Shown piece by piece: positions 25,440-32,000 of a stretch of DNA of 32,000 bases. This stretch comes from Candidatus Pelagibacter sp. HTCC7211 (GTDB taxonomy: Bacteria > Pseudomonadota > Alphaproteobacteria > Pelagibacterales > Pelagibacteraceae). The DNA lies in contig NZ_DS995298.1 of the NCBI RefSeq assembly GCF_000155895.1, positions 750,001-782,000 of the forward strand. Reading direction: 5' to 3'. A model generated the notes under the pieces. That model was not told the origin of the DNA. It worked only from the letters and a program-made list of their open reading frames with translations, and searched no databases. The stretch's first letter is position 1. Each line of letters begins with the position of its first letter. The position numbers were made by a program, and so were the translations under genes.

Positions 25440-26123
25440 TTAAAGATATTCTGAAATTATTTTTTCAATTCCAATAAAGTCTTTTATCAAGTGATTATGA
25501 TATATTTCGTTTGTATTTTTTTCAGTATAACCGTTTTCAAGTAAAATAACAGGGATCTCTGCAGCTTTTGCTGCATTTGCATCCGTCTCACTATCTCCAA
25601 TCATAATAGTTTTATTTACATCACCATCTAATATTTCAACTACTGAAGTAAGATGTCTAGGATCAGGTTTACAATAATCAAAAGTATCTGAACCAGCCAC
25701 ATATTCAAAAAAATCATAAATGCCAATCTTCTTTAAAAGATCATTTGATAAATGTTCTTGTTTATTTGTACACACAGCCATTGATATGTTTTGATCTTTA
25801 CACCAAATTAAAAATTCTTTTACACCTTTGATAAGTGTACTTTCGTTAATAATATTTTTTCCATAATAATTTACAAACTCTTTAGACATTTCATCTTTAA
25901 TCTTTAAATCAATTACACTATGAAATTCTTTTTTTGCTTGACCCCAAATAGATCTTCCAATTAAAGCTCCAGCACCTTTGCCAACTAAATTTCTAATTTC
26001 TTCTGTAGACTTTGTTGGATATCCAAATTTTTTCATTACATGATTATGAGCACGCATTAGATCTGGTGCTGTATCAACAAGTGTGCCATCAAGATCAAAT
26101 AAAACTGTAAATTTTTGCTTCAT
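25440..26123 (-). CDS. gph: HAD-superfamily phosphatase, phosphoglycolate phosphatase-like
   Basis: 227 aa. HAD motif I is FDLDGTLVDT, motif II CTNK and motif III/IV GDSETD. The overall layout is that of Gph-type enzymes. Confidence 0.75.
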   Translation of the reverse strand: MKQKFTVLFDLDGTLVDTAPDLMRAHNHVMKKFGYPTKSTEEIRNLVGKGAGALIGRSIWGQAKKEFHSVIDLKIKDEMSKEFVNYYGKNIINESTLIKGVKEFLIWCKDQNISMAVCTNKQEHLSNDLLKKIGIYDFFEYVAGSDTFDYCKPDPRHLTSVVEILDGDVNKTIMIGDSETDANAAKAAEIPVILLENGYTEKNTNEIYHNHLIKDFIGIEKIISEYL

Positions 26124-26192
26124 TTTAAAAGTATTTTAAAGAAATATTATGTGAATTAATTAAGAAGTATACTTAATGTAAAGAATTTTAAA

Positions 26193-26810
26193 ATGAAAGA
26201 ATTAAATTTATATAAAATTCAAAATAAACTTAGAAATAAATTTTTAAAATCTGGTGTTAAAATGATGGGACCTGAAACAATTTTTTTCTCTACTGACACT
26301 AAAATTGGAAAAAATGTTACTATTGAACCCTATGTTGTCATTGGAAAAAAAGTTAACATAGGAAACAATGTTATTATTAAATCTTTTTCACACATTGAGT
26401 CTTGTAAAATTGAAAATAGAGTTGAAGTTGGACCTTATGCAAGAATAAGACCTGATACAATTTTAAAAGAAGGTTCAAAGATTGGAAATTTTGTGGAAGT
26501 CAAAAAAAGTATTGTAGGAAAAAAATCTAAAGTAAATCACTTATCTTATATTGGCGACACCACTATCGGAAAATCTTCAAATATTGGCGCTGGAACCATT
26601 ACATGTAATTATGATGGAATTAAAAAGAGTAAAACAAAAATTAAAGATAATGTTTTTATAGGCTCTAATTCTGCATTAGTAGCGCCAGTTACTATTGAAG
26701 AAAAAAGTATAATTGGAGCAGGCTCCGTAATTACCAAAAGTGTAAAGAAGAAATCTTTGGCGCTAACAAGATCGTTACAAACTGAAATTAAAAACTATAA
26801 AAGAAAATAA
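26193..26810 (+). CDS. glmU: GlmU C-terminal domain only: left-handed beta-helix glucosamine-1-phosphate N-acetyltransferase
   Basis: 205 aa. It aligns by eye from the GlmU linker helix onward through hexapeptide repeats and the conserved GPYARIRP....G.KIGNFVE.KK....G.K..HL.Y.GD..IG...NIGAGTITCNYDG..K..T.I.D.VF.GS...LVAPV. The N-terminal uridyltransferase domain is absent. Only 69 nt of non-coding DNA and an opposite-strand gene lie upstream. Confidence 0.8.
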   Translation: MKELNLYKIQNKLRNKFLKSGVKMMGPETIFFSTDTKIGKNVTIEPYVVIGKKVNIGNNVIIKSFSHIESCKIENRVEVGPYARIRPDTILKEGSKIGNFVEVKKSIVGKKSKVNHLSYIGDTTIGKSSNIGAGTITCNYDGIKKSKTKIKDNVFIGSNSALVAPVTIEEKSIIGAGSVITKSVKKKSLALTRSLQTEIKNYKRK

Positions 26811-26812
26811 TT

Positions 26813-28633
26813 ATGTGTGGAATAATTGGAATTTCTAGTAACAAACCTGTTTCAGCTAATATAATGAATTCTTTAAAAAAATTAGAGTACAGAGGCTACG
26901 ATTCAGCTGGCATTGCAACTCTGTCAGATGGCAATATTAACGAAGTTAAATCTGAAGGTAGAGTTGAAAATTTAGAAAAAAATTTTGATTTGAAGGTTTT
27001 ATCTGGAAATATTGGAATAGGTCATGTTAGATGGGCAACACATGGAGTGCCTAACAGTATTAATGCACACCCACATTCATCAGAAAATGTTTCTGTTGTA
27101 CATAATGGTATAATAGAAAATTCAACTTTATTAAAAAAACATTTAACAAATCAGGGCCATAAATTTAAATCACAAACTGATACTGAAGTAATTGTTCATT
27201 TGATTACAGAAAATCTAAAATCTTTTGAGCTACAGGAAGCAATAACAAAAACTCTTAAACAACTTCATGGTAGTTTTGCTTTAGGCGTTATCTTTAAGGA
27301 TAAACCAGATTTAATTGTTGGGGCTAGACGTGGCTCACCTCTTGCTGTTGGATATGGTCCCAATGAAAATTATCTTGGATCAGACTCATATGCATTAAAA
27401 TCAATGACAAATAAAATTACTTATTTGGAAGATGGAGAGTTTTGTATAATCAAAAAAGATGAAGTTAATTTCTTTAATAACAAAGGAAAAAAAATTAATA
27501 AAAAAATTTTAGAACTTACATCAAAAGAAGAAAGTTATGATAAAGGTGATTTTAAACACTTTATGGCTAAAGAAATAGAAGAGCAGCCAGTGACTTTAAA
27601 AACAGGTATTAAAGAATACATAAATAACATTAATAACGATATAAATATCTATAATTTCCCCTGGAAAATTGAAGAAATTAATTCAATAACTTTAATTGGG
27701 TGTGGTACTGCATATCACTCATGTTTGATGGCAAAATATTGGTTTGAAGAATTAACCTCTTTAGATGTTAATATTGATATTGCATCAGAATTTAGATACC
27801 GAAAAAATAGATTTAAAAGTGATACCTTATATGTATTTGTTTCACAGTCAGGTGAAACAGCTGATACTTATGCCGCTTTAGACATATGTAATAAAAATAA
27901 AATGAAAACATGTGCTGTAGTAAATGTAATTGAAAGTTCAATTGCAAGAGACAGTAATTTTGTATTACCAATTCATTGTGGACCTGAAATAGGTGTAGCT
28001 TCTACGAAAGCATTTTTAGGTCAGATACTTGTACTTTATATACTTGCTATTAAACTGGGATCTTTAAGAAATGAGATTGAAAATAAAGTTTATCAAGACA
28101 AAATTAAAGATTTAAAAAATTTACCTACCTTAATTGAAAAGACTTTATTAATTGATAACGATATTCAATCTATTGCTTCTACATTTAATGAAGCAAAAGG
28201 TTCTATGTTTTTAGGAAGAGGTTTTTCTTACCCAATAGCTCTAGAGGGTGCTTTAAAACTTAAAGAATTATCATATGTACATGCCGAAGGTTATCCAGCT
28301 GGAGAAATGAAACATGGACCTTTAGCTTTAATAGAAGAGGGAATGCCTGTTGTGGTATTAGCGCCAAGAGATAGTTATTATAAAAAAACTATTTCTAATA
28401 TGCAGGAAGTAGTTGCTAGAGGTGCAAAAGTTTTGTTAATAACAAATAAAAGTACAGATGAGGTTTTATCTGAAAATATTTGGGAAACTATCGAAGTTGA
28501 GAGTACAAATGATGATTTATTACCTTTTCTTTTAACTATTCCTCTTCAAAAATTAGCTTATTATTCAGCCCTTAAAAAAGGTTATGATATAGATAAACCG
28601 AGAAATTTAGCTAAATCAGTAACTGTCGAATAA
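26813..28633 (+). CDS. glmS: Glutamine--fructose-6-phosphate aminotransferase (isomerising)
   Basis: 606 aa. It has the N-terminal nucleophile MCGIIG, HVRWATHG, two SIS domains (SQSGETADT) and the canonical C-terminus LAKSVTVE. It starts 2 nt after the glmU-like stop. Confidence 0.95.
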   Translation: MCGIIGISSNKPVSANIMNSLKKLEYRGYDSAGIATLSDGNINEVKSEGRVENLEKNFDLKVLSGNIGIGHVRWATHGVPNSINAHPHSSENVSVVHNGIIENSTLLKKHLTNQGHKFKSQTDTEVIVHLITENLKSFELQEAITKTLKQLHGSFALGVIFKDKPDLIVGARRGSPLAVGYGPNENYLGSDSYALKSMTNKITYLEDGEFCIIKKDEVNFFNNKGKKINKKILELTSKEESYDKGDFKHFMAKEIEEQPVTLKTGIKEYINNINNDINIYNFPWKIEEINSITLIGCGTAYHSCLMAKYWFEELTSLDVNIDIASEFRYRKNRFKSDTLYVFVSQSGETADTYAALDICNKNKMKTCAVVNVIESSIARDSNFVLPIHCGPEIGVASTKAFLGQILVLYILAIKLGSLRNEIENKVYQDKIKDLKNLPTLIEKTLLIDNDIQSIASTFNEAKGSMFLGRGFSYPIALEGALKLKELSYVHAEGYPAGEMKHGPLALIEEGMPVVVLAPRDSYYKKTISNMQEVVARGAKVLLITNKSTDEVLSENIWETIEVESTNDDLLPFLLTIPLQKLAYYSALKKGYDIDKPRNLAKSVTVE

Positions 28634-28677
28634 TAAAATATATTTAGTTAATTTTTTTTATACGTTAAATTAAATTA

Positions 28678-29673
28678 ATGAAAAAAATTATTAACAATCC
28701 ATCAGATTTTGTTGAAGAGTCTATTCAAGGTTTAGTCATTTCTCATCCAGAAGTTTATTCTTTTGCTGATGATAATCAAAGAGTAATTAAAAGAACCGAC
28801 AAAGCAAAAAATAAAGTTGGAATTGTATCAGGAGGTGGTTCTGGACATTTACCAGTATTTACAGGTTATGTTGGAAAAGGAATGTTAGATGCTTGTGCGG
28901 TTGGTTCAGTTTTTGCATCTCCTTCTGTTGATCAAATAACATCTACAATTAGAAACGGAAATAATGGTAGTGGTGTTTTGTGTGTTTTAGGAAATTATGG
29001 TGGCGATGTTATGAATTTTGAAATGGCATGTGAAATTGTAAAATCTGAGGGGATTGAAACAAAAATGATTATTGTTTCAGATGATATTGCAAGCGCAAGT
29101 AACGAGGATAAATTAAAAAGAAGAGGAATAGCAGGATTAATTTTTGCATTTAAAATTGCAGGAGCATCTTCAGAAAATGGGGCATCGCTTGAAGAAGTTT
29201 ATGATTTAACCTTAAAAGCAAATAATAATTTAAGGACAATTGGTGTTGCTGTTTCTTCATGTATTTTACCGGAAGTTGGCAAACCTACCTTTGAACTTGA
29301 AAATGATGAAATTGAAATAGGAATGGGAATTCATGGTGAGCCTGGCATTAAAAGAGAAAAATTAAGAAAAGCAGATTTATTAGTTGATGATTTATGTAAA
29401 ATAATTTTTGAAGATTTTGAACTATCAAATAGTGATAAAGTTTCAATTATGATTAATAGTTTAGGTGCAACTCCATTAGAAGAACTTTATATTGTATCAA
29501 AAAGAGTAAATGAAATTTTTTCAAAAAAAGATATTGAAATTGTTAAATCATATGTTGGAAGATACGCAACATCATTAGAGATGGCAGGTATGTCTATCTC
29601 TGTATTAAAGCTAGATGATGATTTAAAAAAAGCATTATTAGTTCATAGCGAATGTCCATTTTGGATTAATTAA
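28678..29673 (+). CDS. dhaK: Dihydroxyacetone kinase, substrate-binding subunit DhaK
   Basis: 331 aa. It has SGGGSGHLPVFTGYVGKGMLDA (the DhaK GGGSGH motif) and the overall DhaK domain pattern. Confidence 0.9.
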   Translation: MKKIINNPSDFVEESIQGLVISHPEVYSFADDNQRVIKRTDKAKNKVGIVSGGGSGHLPVFTGYVGKGMLDACAVGSVFASPSVDQITSTIRNGNNGSGVLCVLGNYGGDVMNFEMACEIVKSEGIETKMIIVSDDIASASNEDKLKRRGIAGLIFAFKIAGASSENGASLEEVYDLTLKANNNLRTIGVAVSSCILPEVGKPTFELENDEIEIGMGIHGEPGIKREKLRKADLLVDDLCKIIFEDFELSNSDKVSIMINSLGATPLEELYIVSKRVNEIFSKKDIEIVKSYVGRYATSLEMAGMSISVLKLDDDLKKALLVHSECPFWIN

Positions 29674-29674
29674 A

Positions 29675-30292
29675 ATGTTTAATAAGCTAGTAATGATCGA
29701 TGTCTTTAAAAATTTATTATCTCAAGCTAAAAATTTATATGATGAATTTAATGCTGCAGATGGAAAGATAGGAGATGGCGATCTTGGAATTACAATTTTA
29801 AATGGTTTAGAAGAAATTAACAACAATATAGATAAATTTAAAGATGATCTAAGTATTAATTTTATGCTTTGCTCACAAGCATTTGTAAAAAAATCAGGAT
29901 CAAGTTTTGGAACCCTTATAGCTTTTGCATTTATGAATATTTCAAAGAATTTAAAAGGTAAAAATACGTGTGACAATGAGGACATAATAAATATGATTAA
30001 TATTGCTATGGAAACTATTCAAGAAAGAGGAAAAACTAAATTAGGTGACAAAACTATTTTGGATAGTTTAAGTTTTATTTTAAATAATCTGAGAGCAAAT
30101 AAGAATAATGTGAATTATCCAGAATTATTTAAATCAAGCACCAAAGAAGCTTTGGACGCTTTTAAGGGTAAAAAAATATTAATTGGTAGAGCAAGAATGT
30201 TTGAGGACAAAACCAGAGAACTTGATGATCCTGGTATGCTTGCTTTAAGCAAATTAAGTGAAGTTTTTGTAAAAAAAATTCAAAATAGTTGA
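29675..30292 (+). CDS. dhaL: Dihydroxyacetone kinase, nucleotide-binding subunit DhaL
   Basis: 205 aa. It has the DhaL-type DGKIGDGDLG motif (GDGD Mg/nucleotide site), is all-helical, and starts 1 nt after the dhaK stop. Confidence 0.85.
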   Translation: MFNKLVMIDVFKNLLSQAKNLYDEFNAADGKIGDGDLGITILNGLEEINNNIDKFKDDLSINFMLCSQAFVKKSGSSFGTLIAFAFMNISKNLKGKNTCDNEDIINMINIAMETIQERGKTKLGDKTILDSLSFILNNLRANKNNVNYPELFKSSTKEALDAFKGKKILIGRARMFEDKTRELDDPGMLALSKLSEVFVKKIQNS

Positions 30293-30330
30293 ATTATAAA
30301 TAATCTCTGGTAAACAATTCCCAGTTGCAT

Positions 30331-31710
30331 ATGAAAAATTGGAAAAAAAATAGTTGGAGAAAATATCCGGTCAAACATATTCCAGATTATCCAGACAAAA
30401 ATGAACTGGATACTGTTTTAGATAAGATTGGTACGTTTCCACCTTTAGTTTTTGCAGGAGAGACAAGACATTTAAAAGAACAACTTGCTGATGTTGTGGA
30501 TGGTAAAGCCTTTCTTCTTCAAGGTGGAGATTGTGCTGAGAGTTTTGCTGAATTCAATCCAGATAACATAAGAGACACATTTAAACTACTGTTACAGATG
30601 TCATTAGTTTTAACATATTCAGCATCTTTACCAGTTGTAAAACTTGGAAGAATAGCTGGTCAATTTTCAAAACCGAGAAGTTCACCAGTTGAAACAAAAA
30701 ATGGTGTCGAGCTACCAAGTTATCTAGGTGATAATATTAATGGCATGGAATTTAATAAAAAAGCAAGAATTCCTGATCCAAAAAGATTATTTAAGGCTTA
30801 TTCTCAGTCAGCTGCAACGCTTAATCTTATAAGAGCTTTTTCAAAAGGAGGTTTTGCAGATTTAAATAAAGTACATTTGTGGAATCTTGATTACATAAAA
30901 AAAAGTCCACAAGCTAAAAAATTTAAAGACCTCGAAGATAAAATTGCTGATGCTATAGCTTTTATGAGAGCATGTGGAATTACATCAGATTTTAATAACA
31001 GATTGTACACTGTAAATTTTTGGACATCACATGAAGCTTTGTTGTTACCATTTGAGGAGTCTATGACAAGAACAGATTCTACTACGGGTGAGAATCATGA
31101 TACCTCAGCTCACTTTGTTTGGATTGGAGATAGAACTAGACAATTAGATGGTGGACATGTTGAATTTTGCAGAGGAATAGAAAATCCAATAGGTATTAAA
31201 TGTGGCCCTACTTTAAAAGCAGATGATTTGATCAATCTATGTAATAGGATTAACCCAAAAAATGAAAAAGGTAAAATTACATTAATATCAAGATTTGGAG
31301 CAGATAATGTCTCAAAACATTTGCCCAAACTAATTAGAGCAATCAAAAAAGAAGGTCTAAATGTAATTTGGTCATGTGATCCTTGTCATGGTAATACTAT
31401 TCAAGCAGTGACAGGATTCAAAACAAGACCTTTCAACAGAGTTTTAAAAGAAGTTAAAGACGTTTTTGCTTGTCATCAAAGCGAAGGAAGTTATGCTGGA
31501 GGCCTTCATATTGAGCTTACTGGTCAAAATGTAACGGAATGTATAGGTGGTGCTCAAAAAATATCTGAGAATGATCTATCTTCAAGATATCATACTCATT
31601 GCGACCCAAGATTGAATGCAAATCAAGCTTTAGAATTAGCTTTTTTAATATCAGATGAGATTAAAAAGAATAGCTCATATTCAAAAAATGCAGATAGAGC
31701 GGCATCTTAA
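30331..31710 (+). CDS. Class II (plant/actinobacterial-type) 3-deoxy-7-phosphoheptulonate (DAHP) synthase
   Basis: About 459 aa from ATG 30331; the ORF is open from TTG 30325. WRKYPVKHIPDYPD, LLQGGDCAESF, RIAGQFSKPRS and WSCDPCHGN are hallmark class II DAHPS blocks. Confidence 0.9.
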   Translation: MKNWKKNSWRKYPVKHIPDYPDKNELDTVLDKIGTFPPLVFAGETRHLKEQLADVVDGKAFLLQGGDCAESFAEFNPDNIRDTFKLLLQMSLVLTYSASLPVVKLGRIAGQFSKPRSSPVETKNGVELPSYLGDNINGMEFNKKARIPDPKRLFKAYSQSAATLNLIRAFSKGGFADLNKVHLWNLDYIKKSPQAKKFKDLEDKIADAIAFMRACGITSDFNNRLYTVNFWTSHEALLLPFEESMTRTDSTTGENHDTSAHFVWIGDRTRQLDGGHVEFCRGIENPIGIKCGPTLKADDLINLCNRINPKNEKGKITLISRFGADNVSKHLPKLIRAIKKEGLNVIWSCDPCHGNTIQAVTGFKTRPFNRVLKEVKDVFACHQSEGSYAGGLHIELTGQNVTECIGGAQKISENDLSSRYHTHCDPRLNANQALELAFLISDEIKKNSSYSKNADRAAS

Positions 31711-31748
31711 ATCATTGCAAAAAAAAAAATAATTAATATTTAGATAAT

Positions 31749-32000
31749 ATGATTGTTTCTGAAAAAGTTAAATTTATTTCTAATTGGATTAAAGATTATG
31801 CAGATAATATGCCGTCTAAAGCAGAGTCTTTAGTTATAGGAATTTCTGGAGGAATAGACTCTTCTGTATCAAGCACCTTAAGCGCTATGACAGGTTTAAA
31901 AACAATTGTTTTGTCCATGCCAATTAAGCAAAAATCACATCAGCATGATTTAAGTTTAAAACATCAAGAGTGGTTAATAAAAAATTTTAAAAACGTTGAA
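31749..32000 (+). CDS. nadE: NH3-dependent NAD+ synthetase, N-terminal part (3' end outside the window)
   Basis: From the ATG at 31749 the frame is open to the window end. It carries the PP-loop ATP pyrophosphatase motif GISGGIDSS. This ORF is not in the supplied track because it has no stop inside the window. Confidence 0.8.
   Translation, partial: MIVSEKVKFISNWIKDYADNMPSKAESLVIGISGGIDSSVSSTLSAMTGLKTIVLSMPIKQKSHQHDLSLKHQEWLIKNFKNVE

Noticed and set aside
30293-30330. A short inverted repeat CTGG-n10-CCAG after dhaL, considered as a possible terminator.
   Set aside because: The stem is only 4 bp with no U-tract, which is indistinguishable from chance.
1-32000. Whole-window scan for CRISPR repeats, tRNA/rRNA/tmRNA/SRP RNA, IS elements, integrases, phage genes and flanking direct repeats of an island.
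   Set aside because: No spaced direct repeats were seen. No GC-rich cloverleaf-sized non-coding segment exists; the largest spacers are 105 and 179 nt and lack tRNA T-arm or SRP consensus sequences. No transposase, recombinase or phage-like ORFs are present. Composition looks uniform apart from slightly more G+C in the membrane-protein genes.

Overview
This is a visibly AT-rich, very gene-dense chromosomal segment. I call 33 CDS, most separated by 0-25 nt, with many 1-17 nt start/stop overlaps. The composition, packing and protein set look like a streamlined marine alphaproteobacterium of the SAR11/Pelagibacterales type; that assignment is an impression, not a database result. I found no rRNA, tRNA, CRISPR array, transposase, integrase, phage gene or recognisable defence or toxin-antitoxin module.

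Gene content, left to right:
- 1-8903: an enzyme cluster of unknown substrate. It holds an Fe-ADH fragment, an amidase, a DMT permease, a CitE-like acyl-CoA lyase, a beta-lactamase-fold hydrolase, a homocysteine S-methyltransferase, a VOC protein, an aldehyde dehydrogenase and a family III CoA-transferase.
- 8992-15032: this cluster is divergent from a tightly coupled string dctP-dctQ-dctM-dusA-tauE-malonyl-CoA decarboxylase.
- 15041-17532: a DUF2061-like protein, a HIT protein, a small secreted Cys-containing protein and a PMM/PGM.
- 17712-21872: nrdA-nrdB-methyltransferase-nitroreductase.
- 21863-25385: a prpD-prpB-prpC methylcitrate operon on the minus strand.
- 25440-32000: gph, a stand-alone GlmU acetyltransferase domain plus glmS, split dhaK/dhaL, a class II DAHP synthase and the start of nadE.

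Non-coding signals are few:
- a textbook intrinsic terminator between dctP and dctQ;
- a GC-rich hairpin whose arms mimic the Shine-Dalgarno and anti-Shine-Dalgarno sequences, in the only sizeable convergent spacer;
- overlapping palindromes on a TATAAT promoter upstream of nrdA.

I see no clear-cut new system. The best candidates for something undescribed are:
- the TRAP/CoA-transferase/CitE-lyase/ALDH/malonyl-CoA-decarboxylase neighbourhood, a possible ligase-independent malonate, 3-hydroxypropionate or other small-acid route;
- the domain-truncated GlmU;
- the ATP-cone-less RNR operon with an appended methyltransferase;
- DhaK/DhaL without DhaM.

All functional assignments come from motifs I recognise by eye in the translations. 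No searches were run.
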